A stretch of 64,000 nucleotides of DNA from an uncultured Gammaproteobacteria bacterium. Its GTDB lineage: Bacteria > Patescibacteriota > Patescibacteriia > Magasanikbacterales > UBA922. Within the stretch, counting starts at the first letter, position 1; every line of letters starts with the position of its first letter. Where the stretch lies: contig CAYSPW010000003.1 in NCBI GenBank assembly GCA_964433095.1, forward strand, positions 7,034 to 71,033, in the 5' to 3' direction. The translations under genes and the position numbers were made by a program. Shown piece by piece: positions 10,060-19,123 of this stretch. A model generated the notes under the pieces. The model had not been told where the DNA came from and searched no databases. It worked only from the letters and a program-made list of their open reading frames with translations.

Positions 10060-10518
10060 TCATAACTCATGATTTAATCTCCTTGGCCGTGTTTGTTGTA
10101 TGGTGATGCGTCTTTGGTTGCGATAATGTTCAATTTGAATAATTTTCACTGATTTGTTTTTAAGCATATCTTGTATTTTTCGTGGCCATTCAATAATGGA
10201 CAAGGTATTTTTTTCTCCCAAATATTCTTCAATGCCCATCGCTTTCAATTCTGCTTGATTTAGCGCGCGATAAGTATCAATATGCGCTATGGCAGTTATG
10301 GTGTTTTTTTCTTTTTTTGGATCGTATACTTGAATCAAGGTAAAGGTGGGGCTGGCCACATGCTCAATGCCGAAATAGTGCAGCACTCCTTTGGCAAAAA
10401 CGGTTTTTCCGGCGCCCAGATCTCCTTCCAACATCAAAATATCACCGCCTTTCAATTGTTCAGCGATTTTTTCCCCCAATTCAAAGGTTTGTTGTTCGGA
10501 AGATGAAATGATTTGCAT
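10060..10518 (-). CDS. tsaE: tRNA t6A37 biosynthesis ATPase TsaE (YjeE)
   Basis: P-loop EGDLGAGKT; size and layout typical of TsaE; directly downstream of glyA on the same strand. Confidence 0.8.
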   Translation of the reverse strand: MQIISSSEQQTFELGEKIAEQLKGGDILMLEGDLGAGKTVFAKGVLHYFGIEHVASPTFTLIQVYDPKKEKNTITAIAHIDTYRALNQAELKAMGIEEYLGEKNTLSIIEWPRKIQDMLKNKSVKIIQIEHYRNQRRITIQQTRPRRLNHEL

Positions 10519-10520
10519 AA

Positions 10521-11768
10521 TTAGTTCAACTCCGGATAAAGCGGAAATTTACCTGTCATTTCTTTAATACCTAATTTGACTTCTGACAGTATTTGTCCGT
10601 TGTTATGATTTTGTATTACCCTGTCAACGAATTCCACTATCAATCGCATTTCTGTTTCTTTCATGCCGCGAGTGGTGACGGCCGGAGTACCGAGTCGGAT
10701 GCCCGAAGGATCCATCGGGCTGCGCGGATCATTGGGAATCATATTCTTATTTAGAGTAATGCCGGCTCGATCTAGAGCTTGTTCGGCCTGCTGTCCGGAT
10801 AGCCCTTTATTGCTTACGTCTAGCAAGAGTAGGTGATTATCTGTACCGCCGAACATTAATTTGTAGTCAAGCTGCTTGAATTTTTCTTCCAACGCTTTGG
10901 CGTTCTTTTTTATTTGGATGGCGTAGTCTATAAAAGCCGGCTCCTGTACTTCTTTGAAAGCGACCGCCTTGGCCGCGATATTATTTTCATGCGGTCCGCC
11001 TTGAAAGCCGGGGAATACCGCTTTGTCAATTTTTTTGGCGAATTGTTCTTTGCACATAATCATGCCGCCTCTGGGTCCGCGCAAGGTTTTATGAGTGGTA
11101 GTGGTCACCACGTCGAAAATAGGAACGGGGTTGTTCATTTGTTCGGCCGCTATCAATCCGGCGATATGTGCGATGTCGGCCATGGTCATGGCACCCACTT
11201 CATCGGCGATTTGTTGTATTTTTTCATAATCTATTTCACGCGAGTAGGCACTGTAGCCGACCAGTATCAATTTTGGCTTGTGTTTTAAGGCTTCATCGCG
11301 CAGATAATCAAGGTCAATCAGACCTTGTCTGTTGGTCATGTAGCGAATGAAGTTGAATATCCGGGCGATATATGTCACCGGATGCCCATGAGTCAGATGT
11401 CCGCCATGAGACAAATCCATGCCTAAGATGGTGTCGCCCGGATCAAGGAGGGCGAAGTAAGCGGCGATATTGGCCGGAGCCCCGGACAAAGGCTGTACGT
11501 TAACGTGTTCGGCAGCGAATATTTTTTTGGCCCTATCAATGGCCAACTGTTCAATATCATCAATGAATTTACAGCCGCCGTAGTATCTTTTGCCTGGATA
11601 ACCTTCCGAGTACTTGTTGGTCAATACCGAACCCAGAGCTTCCAGTACCGCGATTGATACGAAATTTTCCGACGGTATCAATTCCAATCCGGTTTCCTGT
11701 CGCTCCAGCTCGCATTTAATCGCTTCCTTAACTATTGGATCGAACTTTTCCAGCTTTAATTTATTCAT
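10521..11768 (-). CDS. glyA: Serine hydroxymethyltransferase
   Basis: LIPSENFVS, HLTHGH and PLP-lysine region TTTHKTLRGPRGG; full length 415 aa. Confidence 0.95.
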   Translation of the reverse strand: MNKLKLEKFDPIVKEAIKCELERQETGLELIPSENFVSIAVLEALGSVLTNKYSEGYPGKRYYGGCKFIDDIEQLAIDRAKKIFAAEHVNVQPLSGAPANIAAYFALLDPGDTILGMDLSHGGHLTHGHPVTYIARIFNFIRYMTNRQGLIDLDYLRDEALKHKPKLILVGYSAYSREIDYEKIQQIADEVGAMTMADIAHIAGLIAAEQMNNPVPIFDVVTTTTHKTLRGPRGGMIMCKEQFAKKIDKAVFPGFQGGPHENNIAAKAVAFKEVQEPAFIDYAIQIKKNAKALEEKFKQLDYKLMFGGTDNHLLLLDVSNKGLSGQQAEQALDRAGITLNKNMIPNDPRSPMDPSGIRLGTPAVTTRGMKETEMRLIVEFVDRVIQNHNNGQILSEVKLGIKEMTGKFPLYPELN

Positions 11769-11833
11769 AAAATTTTTTTGAAAAATTTAGTTTTTTTGGT
11801 GATTAAAAAATATCTAATCATTATTATATCAAA

Positions 11834-13474
11834 TCAGATTTTTTTGACCATATACGTGCCTTGTTTTCTATAGCCTAATTTGCGGTAATATTTTCTTACT
11901 CCCACACCGGAAATTACCGCTATTTTACTAAAGCCGGATTTTTTGGCCAGCTGTTCCGCTTTTTCTACCAATTTTTTACCCAAGCCATGGTGTTGCGAAG
12001 CTTTTGTTTGTATTGTACCCAGCTCAACCAGCTGTCCGTATACATGCAGTTCGCGTATAAAAGCGCAATTATTGATTTCAGGCATTAGCTGTACCAATTT
12101 TTTATCTACCGCCTGAGCGGGAATTCTTAGGCGCAAAAAAGCGAAAACCGCCTGTCTTTGATTGTCTTCAAAGCTTAAAAAATATTCTTTTCCTCCCCGG
12201 GTTTGATATGTATAGAAAAATGATTTGATTTTCTTTTTGTCCTTTTTATCCGCTTTGTCTTGATGGCCGATTTCCCGGCATCTCAGGCAGCGACATTTCA
12301 AGCCGCGCTCGTTCATTTCCCTTTTTAATTGTTCGCGTAAATTTGTTACCTTATTTCCGGCTTTAATGTCAGTATCCGGAATATCGCGGACCAGCCTGGA
12401 AATGCGGCAATAGCGCGGTGTGGCTAATTTCATTTCAATTAAAGCTTGGAGTAGTTTTTCATTACCATAAGGTTTGTACATGCCGGATTGATACCAGCGG
12501 TGTAAGCGAGCGCTTTTAATTACCGTACAAGGGTAGATTTTTACCATATCGGGCTTTAAACCCGGATCGGAAAAAAGCAATTTGTACATGGCAACATCAT
12601 GTCGCGAATCAGATCCGGGTAGATCGGGCATGAAATGTAGATCAACTTTAAATCCGGCTTGACGCAAAAGAAAAACCGCTTGTTTGAATCGTTCCACCGT
12701 ATGGCCGCGTTTTATTGTTTTAAGAATGTCGTCATCCGGGGCCTGTAGACCAAGCTCAATTCTGGTACAGCCCTGTAGGCGCATCTGTTTCATTGTTTTG
12801 GGAATTATCGCGTCAGGTCTGGTTTCAAGAGTCAGTCCGACTATTTTATGTTTGGCAAGCTTGTCATTATAATCTTGCTCGGATTCCAGTTCTTGTTTTA
12901 ATTTTTCAATACTGAAATTCTCAAATGGTTTAAGCCGGACGGTGAGTTTTTTTCTGCTGAGATCATTGCAGGCTTTAAAAGATTGCAAAATATACCAAAA
13001 TTGATATTTAAGCGGATAAGCGTTCCATGTGCCTCCTTTGATAATGTATTCAATCTTGTCGGTGGGATGTCCGCTTTTATTTAGCATTTCTATCCTTTTT
13101 TGCATTTGCGCATAAGGATCAAATTTTAAAGCCAAAGCCCGGGCAGCGGCCGGTTCGCTGGCCAGATAGCTTTTCGGCATTTTTTTTTCTTCCGGACAAT
13201 AGACGCAATTTCCCGGACAAGGATGCGGTTCTGTAAGTGAAGTGACAATGGCCACGCCGGAAAGGGTTCTGATGTTTGCTTTACGCATGAACAATTCCAT
13301 TTTTTTATTCCTCTTTAGTCTTTTCTTTTTTATTAAATTATGATAGGCTTTTAAAAGATTACGATTGGAAATTTGCGGTATTTTAAGGCGGGCGCAGACT
13401 TTTCTTCTGGTGTCGTCAAATTCAGCCTTGGTTTTGGGCCTTTTAGATTTGATTTCCAGTAGTATTTTTTCCAA
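11834..13474 (-). CDS. elp3: ELP3-like radical SAM / GNAT tRNA uridine-34 acetyltransferase homolog
   Basis: Radical-SAM CxxxCxxC (HPCPGNCVYCPEE) in the N-terminal half; C-terminal GNAT acetyltransferase block (QHHGLGKKLVEKAEQLAKKSGFSKIAVISGVGVRKYYRKLGY); 546 aa, the size of archaeal/eukaryotic Elp3. Confidence 0.75.
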   Translation of the reverse strand: MEKILLEIKSKRPKTKAEFDDTRRKVCARLKIPQISNRNLLKAYHNLIKKKRLKRNKKMELFMRKANIRTLSGVAIVTSLTEPHPCPGNCVYCPEEKKMPKSYLASEPAAARALALKFDPYAQMQKRIEMLNKSGHPTDKIEYIIKGGTWNAYPLKYQFWYILQSFKACNDLSRKKLTVRLKPFENFSIEKLKQELESEQDYNDKLAKHKIVGLTLETRPDAIIPKTMKQMRLQGCTRIELGLQAPDDDILKTIKRGHTVERFKQAVFLLRQAGFKVDLHFMPDLPGSDSRHDVAMYKLLFSDPGLKPDMVKIYPCTVIKSARLHRWYQSGMYKPYGNEKLLQALIEMKLATPRYCRISRLVRDIPDTDIKAGNKVTNLREQLKREMNERGLKCRCLRCREIGHQDKADKKDKKKIKSFFYTYQTRGGKEYFLSFEDNQRQAVFAFLRLRIPAQAVDKKLVQLMPEINNCAFIRELHVYGQLVELGTIQTKASQHHGLGKKLVEKAEQLAKKSGFSKIAVISGVGVRKYYRKLGYRKQGTYMVKKI

Positions 13475-13489
13475 GCCAATTAAATTAAT

Positions 13490-14191
13490 ATGATTGATAG
13501 TAAAAAATTAATTGAACAAAACAAACAAGTTTACGATAAAATTGCCCTGCCATTTGCTCAAACTCGCAAGTTCGTTTGGGCCGATTTAAAACCCTTGGCC
13601 AAGTATACCAAAGACGGATACAAAGTATTAGATCTGGGCTGTGGCAGTGGTAGACTGTATCAGCTTTTTCAAGATTTGTCCATAAAATATATCGGAGTGG
13701 ACCAGAGTAAAAAGCAGCTGCAAAATGCCGAAAAAAAATATCCGGCCGCTAAATTAATTATATCAGAGATGAGGAATTTGCCATTTGCGGACAATGAATT
13801 TAATGTAATTTACTGTATTGCCACTTTTCATCACCTGCCAAGTAAAGAGAGTAGGTTGGAAGCTTTAGCCGAAATGAAGCGTGTTCTAAAACTTGGCGGC
13901 AGAGTAATTTTTACTAATTGGAATCTATTTTCCAAAAGTGCCGCAAAAACGGTTGAAAAAGGAAAGTGGAAAATAAAACGGGGAAGCGAGGCTGACTTTT
14001 TCGTGCCCTGGATGTCTTCAGATGGTAAAGTTTTGGGAGATAGATACTATTATGGATACAGACCGCGGGAGTTGAAAGAATTATTTCAATCAGCGGGTTT
14101 TTTTATGGAAGAGCACTATTATAGTAGAAAAGGGGAGAAGAGTAGCGTGGAAAAAGGACACAATATTGTGAGTGTCGTCAAAAAAATATAA
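13490..14191 (+). CDS. Trm9/ALKBH8-like SAM-dependent tRNA methyltransferase (Methyltransf_11)
   Basis: VYDKIALPFAQTRKFVW resembles Trm9 VY.EIA.HFS.TRYKPWP; motif I VLDLGCGSGR; Trm9-like DFFVPW block; divergent from elp3 with a 15-bp gap. Confidence 0.6.
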   Translation: MIDSKKLIEQNKQVYDKIALPFAQTRKFVWADLKPLAKYTKDGYKVLDLGCGSGRLYQLFQDLSIKYIGVDQSKKQLQNAEKKYPAAKLIISEMRNLPFADNEFNVIYCIATFHHLPSKESRLEALAEMKRVLKLGGRVIFTNWNLFSKSAAKTVEKGKWKIKRGSEADFFVPWMSSDGKVLGDRYYYGYRPRELKELFQSAGFFMEEHYYSRKGEKSSVEKGHNIVSVVKKI

Positions 14192-14195
14192 ATTT

Positions 14196-15077
14196 TCATC
14201 TTCCGGTAATCAAACAACATACCGGCCGATCGAATTTACAGCCTTTATCCAAGGCTTTTTTTAATCCGGCAATTGATAAAGCGGAGTTTGGTGAGATACG
14301 TATGCCGGTGGTTTCTTGGGTTGTTTTTCGCGCCTGTTTTATATCTTTATCACTCACAACCCAGCCGGATCCATTTGATTTTTTTATAATTTCCAAAACT
14401 TCATTTTTTCTGTGCGCTATTTTGTCAACTATTGCCCCGGCAATGGAAATTTCATCTTTTGCCGTAAAATCATTGTCAAATTCACAGGCTATCGGATGGC
14501 AGTACTCGGTCTGCACCGCGTGAATTTGCGGATTGTGTGTCAATTTTTCAAAAGCCATACCCAAAGCCTTGGCGGTAGTGCCGGAGGAGGTGGGGATAAA
14601 AACGGCCTCAAGTCCCTCTATTTTATCTAACTCTTGCGCCAGCGAGCTGTATCCGATGAGCGCTGATTCGTCCGTGGACTGGCGCAGGTATTTAGCCCGC
14701 TTGGATTTATCAAGTTGAAAAGCGGTCTGCTTGGGTTTTTCCACCTGTTCAATTGTTATTCTTTCATCTGTGGCCAGTCTGTGCAGCCGGCCATATTTGG
14801 CCGGATCTATTTTTTTTCCCGTATAGACGCTTAAATAAAGCTGTTCATCATTGTTTCTGTTAAAATCAGATACATATTGAATCGCCGTCAAAGCGGCATT
14901 GCCCGAAGAAGAGATGACAAAATTGTTCCAACCGTTTTTATGGTGGACTTCAATCATAGGGGGGATGGAGCGGCCTTTGTGCGATCCGTAGCGGTGCCGA
15001 TCTTCGCGCTTCAGGTAAATTGTATTCAGCCCCAGCTCAGCTGCCAGCTTGGGGTGGTTTAATTGCGGAGTTTGCAT
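14196..15077 (-). CDS. PLP-dependent enzyme, tryptophan-synthase-beta superfamily (fold type II)
   Basis: KREDRHRYGSHKGRS resembles the PLP-lysine motif (K.ED.NPTGSFKDR) of the PALP family; glycine-rich TSSGTTAKALG loop; specific function not assignable. Confidence 0.45.
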   Translation of the reverse strand: MQTPQLNHPKLAAELGLNTIYLKREDRHRYGSHKGRSIPPMIEVHHKNGWNNFVISSSGNAALTAIQYVSDFNRNNDEQLYLSVYTGKKIDPAKYGRLHRLATDERITIEQVEKPKQTAFQLDKSKRAKYLRQSTDESALIGYSSLAQELDKIEGLEAVFIPTSSGTTAKALGMAFEKLTHNPQIHAVQTEYCHPIACEFDNDFTAKDEISIAGAIVDKIAHRKNEVLEIIKKSNGSGWVVSDKDIKQARKTTQETTGIRISPNSALSIAGLKKALDKGCKFDRPVCCLITGR

Positions 15078-15145
15078 GCTAGTTTGAAATATTTTTTTTA
15101 ATGATGTAAAATTAACAAACCGTTATTTCTAAATATATTAAAATT

Positions 15146-15310
15146 ATGAAATTAATTTGTCCAGAGTGTAAAAACCAAGTAGACTTGACCGATTATCCTG
15201 ATTTGAGAATAGAACATATTGTGGAATGTAATATGTGCGGTATTACTTTGCAGGTGACAAATATTGACAACGACACGGTTATCACTGAAATCGTGGACGA
15301 AGGAAAGTAG
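15146..15310 (+). CDS. LysW-like zinc-ribbon carrier-protein homolog (54 aa, not in ORF track)
   Basis: MKLICPECKNQVDL...IVECNMCGITLQV then acidic tail DNDTVITEIVDEGK. Same length and CPEC...C..CG..L.V zinc-ribbon layout as LysW/ArgW amino-group carrier proteins, but C-terminus ends in Lys, not Glu. Confidence 0.35.
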   Translation: MKLICPECKNQVDLTDYPDLRIEHIVECNMCGITLQVTNIDNDTVITEIVDEGK

Positions 15311-15331
15311 CGCAAGGAAAAACAGGCGCGG

Positions 15332-16729
15332 TTACAAAGCTTCTTTTTGTTTTTCAATCAATTGTTCAATCATGCCCCGAAAACCACGTGATCCAAGAAA
15401 GACCACCACATCGTTTTGATCGGTGTTTCGGTTTAGATAATCCACCAGCTCGGTGTCCGATTCAATGTATTTGGTATCGGTGTGGGTTCGCGAAATAACA
15501 CGGGCCAGTTCTTGTCCGTCAAACGCGGCCTGTTTGTCCGGGTCCTTTTTAATGATACTTAATCTGGGAATTAGTACTTGGTCGGCATCGGCAAAAGCAT
15601 TTTTGTATCCCGGGGCCGAGCTGGGCTGGCGATTGCCGGTGTTAGGCTCAAAGACCGCGAATATTTTTCCATTATAAATCCGCCGTAAATTTTGTAGAGT
15701 AAAGGCTGTTTTGGCCGGTGAATGGGCAATATCGTCATAGATGATGATTTTGCCGCTGTATCTCTTTTCCAGTCTTCTTTTGAGTCCGGGAAATTTTTTG
15801 ATGCTTTCAATAACCGATTGTGATGGAATGCCGACTTCGTTCGCCAAGGCAAAACAGCCGGTAATATTCTCGGCCATGAATTGGCCGATCATGGGAGAAT
15901 TGATATTAAATTCAGTCTGCTTGTGCTTAATTTTAAACCGAATGCCGTTTTCATTTTGTGTCATTTCCGAATACTGATATTGGGAATCCGCGTTTTTTCC
16001 GTATCTGATAATTTCAGGGCCGTCTTGCGTGAATCGTAGCGACTTTATGGTATCAGAACATACTATTATCCCGTTTTTCGGTATGGAATCAGTCAATTTT
16101 TCAAAGATTTGCCTGTATTTTTTTTCAGTTGGATAAATATCGGCGTGATCCCATCTTAACCCTGTCAAGATTAAATGAGTGGGTGAGTAATGACTGAATT
16201 TGGGCGACATATCCCAGCGCGCGCTTTTGTATTCGTCTCCTTCCAGCACCGACCAGTCGCCGGATCCGATGTGGGAGGATAAGAAATTTTTATCCGCGCA
16301 CAAGCCACCGAACATGTAGCTGGGAGCGAATCCGACTTGTTCCAAGATGAACGCCAGCAAAGCGGATGTACTGGTTTTGCCGTAAGTGCCGGCGCAGACA
16401 ATTGAATTGGACTTAACAAAAAATTGTTTGATTAGCTGCGGATAGGAAACAAATTTCAGATTTTTTTCCTGCACGTATCGCCATTCCGGATTGGTTGATC
16501 CGGCCACGTTTCCCACCACCACCAAATCAGGATCGCCATCGGCGTTCATCTTGTCCACATGCCAACCCGGATAAAAGTAAATATCATGTTTTATCAGATG
16601 GGTGGATACGGGAGGAAAAAAGCCTTTGTCAGATCCGGTTACTTTATGGCCATTTTCTTTCAAGGCGATGGCCAAGGCGCTCATGGCTACGCCGCAAATG
16701 CCGATGAAGTGGATGTGTTGATTATTCAT
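15332..16729 (-). CDS. Mur ligase family, Mpl-like (UDP-MurNAc:tripeptide ligase) or MurC
   Basis: N-terminal HFIGICGVAMSALAIAL; P-loop GTYGKTSTS; EGDEYKSARWDMSPKFSHYSPTHLILTGLRWDHADIY closely parallels Mpl EADEYDCAFFDKRSKFVHY...NLEFDHADIF. Confidence 0.7.
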   Translation of the reverse strand: MNNQHIHFIGICGVAMSALAIALKENGHKVTGSDKGFFPPVSTHLIKHDIYFYPGWHVDKMNADGDPDLVVVGNVAGSTNPEWRYVQEKNLKFVSYPQLIKQFFVKSNSIVCAGTYGKTSTSALLAFILEQVGFAPSYMFGGLCADKNFLSSHIGSGDWSVLEGDEYKSARWDMSPKFSHYSPTHLILTGLRWDHADIYPTEKKYRQIFEKLTDSIPKNGIIVCSDTIKSLRFTQDGPEIIRYGKNADSQYQYSEMTQNENGIRFKIKHKQTEFNINSPMIGQFMAENITGCFALANEVGIPSQSVIESIKKFPGLKRRLEKRYSGKIIIYDDIAHSPAKTAFTLQNLRRIYNGKIFAVFEPNTGNRQPSSAPGYKNAFADADQVLIPRLSIIKKDPDKQAAFDGQELARVISRTHTDTKYIESDTELVDYLNRNTDQNDVVVFLGSRGFRGMIEQLIEKQKEAL

Positions 16730-17298
16730 AATTTTTTTGAGTTTCAGTGTACACTATACAGTGAAATTTGCCAATTACTTTTTTATATTTATTTTTATCT
16801 TGAATAAAGTCATTAATTTGTATATCTTCGCCATCATGGTTGTAAATTTCAATATCCTGTTCATTACAGCCGAATATTTGCCGACTTCGGTCCGGTGCCC
16901 ACAATATCATTTTTGGCGGATCAGTATCCAAAGTATACGCCACATTGATATTATTGTCATTGGGAAATTCATGCATTTTTTTGCCCGCGCGTAAATTATG
17001 CCGGTTTGATCCGGGACGGACCGTTTATTTTCCATATTGGTGACAAAGGTTTCAAAACGGTAACCGGCTTTTTCTTTGTCTTCGCCGGTATTTTTAGTGC
17101 CGGCCAACTTCAGCAGCTTGTTTCCCGTGGTGATCATGTATGTCAACCAATTCGGATTAATCGTTTTTTACTATCCGTATATCTGGTTTTTTCAGAAACC
17201 GATTCCGCCGGATTGGCCTTGGCGATCATTTCCATGGCCTGTTGGTATGAAGTTCGTTGAATTTGAATCTGAGAATTAAGTTTTTCAATTTCGAGTTC
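16722..17298 (-). pseudogene. Probable frameshifted/degraded gene (three consecutive short ORFs in different frames)
   Basis: 58-aa ORF (MIESKYKELEIEKLN...), 79-aa and 84-aa ORFs follow each other in shifting frames on the minus strand; the last junction lies at an A7/T7 homopolymer near 16975-16985; no intact ORF in about 600 bp. Confidence 0.3.
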
Positions 17299-17340
17299 TT
17301 TGTATTTAGATTCAATCATATTTGATTAGACCGGAATAAA

Positions 17341-17991
17341 TTATTCTGTCAGTATGTCTTTCAAATCACCTGTATTTTCGCGCCATTTTTCACCATCAAA
17401 CCATTCCAGGCCTTTGAATTGCAATTTATATTTATCTCCCGGTCGTTGCGCCGAACCGAGATAAAAATATTTTTTATGTTTATCCATGGCATGTATTATC
17501 GCCTTCAACATCATTCCCATGCCCAAGTTCTTTATTTCCCCACTAAGATCCGTTCGGTAAAAAGGATAACAATAGTGAATTATTTTATCGGTTTCAACCG
17601 AAATGCAATAACCAACTATTTTATCATCAAGCCGGTATTCAAGCAGCATGTTAAAATTGTGATCTCGGGTGAGAATTTCTCTTGCCTTGTTGGCGCTGAA
17701 TGTTCCTTTGCCGAATTTGGATTGGTAAAAATCTTTGGCCATTTTCGCTATTTTCCAAGAGTAATCGGTTAAAGGTACGGATTTGGCGATAAGAGATAAT
17801 TGCGCGGTTTTTTTTAAAACCCTTCTGTTTTCACTGCTTGGCACAAATTCGGATAAATCAATTCTCAAGGCTCTGGTTCGATTCATCTCTCCTTTGGCCA
17901 ATCTGGTAAAAACATAACCTTTGGCGTACAGCCTATTAACATTTTGATCGGAAAAGTCTATTATATTTTTTTTATCCCAGCTCAAATACAT
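17341..17991 (-). CDS. Arginyl/leucyl-tRNA--protein transferase (ATE1/Bpt)-family protein
   Basis: N-terminal LYAKGYVFTR...RIDLSEFVPSSENRRVLKK resembles ATE_N (R.D...F.PS.SQRRV.KK); C-terminal FYLGSAQRPGDKYKLQFKGLEWFDGEKW resembles ATE_C (YLGYYI...YK..F.P.E..W); canonical ATE_N cysteines absent. Confidence 0.4.
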   Translation of the reverse strand: MYLSWDKKNIIDFSDQNVNRLYAKGYVFTRLAKGEMNRTRALRIDLSEFVPSSENRRVLKKTAQLSLIAKSVPLTDYSWKIAKMAKDFYQSKFGKGTFSANKAREILTRDHNFNMLLEYRLDDKIVGYCISVETDKIIHYCYPFYRTDLSGEIKNLGMGMMLKAIIHAMDKHKKYFYLGSAQRPGDKYKLQFKGLEWFDGEKWRENTGDLKDILTE

Positions 17992-17992
17992 A

Positions 17993-19123
17993 TCAAAATA
18001 AAGCTATCCAAATACCGAGCAGTACAAACGCTGCATGAATGATCCAAAACCTCATTACGGTTTTTTCTTCGCTCCAGCCGCGTATCTCAAAATGATGGTG
18101 AATGGGGGCCATTTTAAAAATTCTTTTTCTTATGGTGTAGCGACCGACAATCTGAATGATGACGGATAGCAGCTCAATGTAGAAGATAAACCCGAAAAAG
18201 GGTAGCAGGAGCATTTTGTTGAGCACGATGGTATTGATGGCGAGCAAAGCTCCCAAACCCAAAGAACCGACATCTCCCATTTGGAAACGGGCCGGTTTGA
18301 TGTTGAAATAGGTGTAGGTAATGAGAGCGCCGAAAGTGGTGGAATTTAGTATGGCAATGGCATAGAATCCCTCTACCCAACTCAGTATGGTGAGGGCGGT
18401 AAAAGTAATCAGTAAAGATCCGCCGGCCAGACCATCCATGCCGTCGGCCACGTTGACCGCGTTCGCTGTAAACATGACGAACAAGATAATGAGCGGAATG
18501 ATAATCCAGCCGATACTGACAAAGCCGTCAAAAGGAATGTAAATATCACGCCAATGTTCACCAAGTTTGTAATAGACCCACCAAGCGGTAATGGCGCCGG
18601 CCGCGAACTGTAAAAGTAGTTTTTCATGAACATGTATTCCTTTGCCCGGATGCGATCCAAGCCATAGTGATCCGCGTTTGAATATGCTCCAAGGCAAGGT
18701 GAGAGCCAGCCATATGCGTTGCTTCCGGTCTTTGTGCACTTTGATTAAGCGTAGTACTTGCTTTAATTTTCTGGATCTTCTTTTATGACCGTAAATGTTT
18801 AAAACATCGTCAACTCCTCCCAAAAGCGCGGCCAAAAGCATTACGCCGATCGGCACCCAAGTGAACTGTCTTTCCCAATTAAAAAGCAGCGTAATCAAGG
18901 CTACTGTGACAATCACCAGCAGGCCGCCCATTACCGGCACCCCTGATTTGCTTTTTCTCGCGCCCATGGCCAAAGTGGCGTCATACTCGGGATGTCTGGT
19001 CAGTTTGTATTTGTACAGTACCCTGGTTAAAAAAGGCGCCCACAAAAAACTAACCACGCAAGAAACAAGACCAAAGGTAATGGCTATTCTCAGGGGTTCA
19101 ATTATTTGCAACGGTATATGCAT
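17993..19123 (-). CDS. mraY: Phospho-N-acetylmuramoyl-pentapeptide transferase MraY
   Basis: GGVDDVLNIYG, NAVNVADGMDGLAGG and the MraY-specific PIHHHFEIRGWSEEKTVMRFWI block; about 10 TM helices; an unusual basic loop insertion (HKRRSRKLKQVLRLIKVHKDRKQR). Confidence 0.85.
   Translation of the reverse strand: MHIPLQIIEPLRIAITFGLVSCVVSFLWAPFLTRVLYKYKLTRHPEYDATLAMGARKSKSGVPVMGGLLVIVTVALITLLFNWERQFTWVPIGVMLLAALLGGVDDVLNIYGHKRRSRKLKQVLRLIKVHKDRKQRIWLALTLPWSIFKRGSLWLGSHPGKGIHVHEKLLLQFAAGAITAWWVYYKLGEHWRDIYIPFDGFVSIGWIIIPLIILFVMFTANAVNVADGMDGLAGGSLLITFTALTILSWVEGFYAIAILNSTTFGALITYTYFNIKPARFQMGDVGSLGLGALLAINTIVLNKMLLLPFFGFIFYIELLSVIIQIVGRYTIRKRIFKMAPIHHHFEIRGWSEEKTVMRFWIIHAAFVLLGIWIALF

Noticed and set aside
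9900-10074. Possible SRP (4.5S) RNA or other ncRNA downstream of tsaE (segment resembling GGAAGAAGG...CAGC)
   Set aside because: No GNRA tetraloop-closed helix 8 and no symmetric/asymmetric loop consensus (GGAAGGAAGCAGC) could be aligned; resemblance is superficial.
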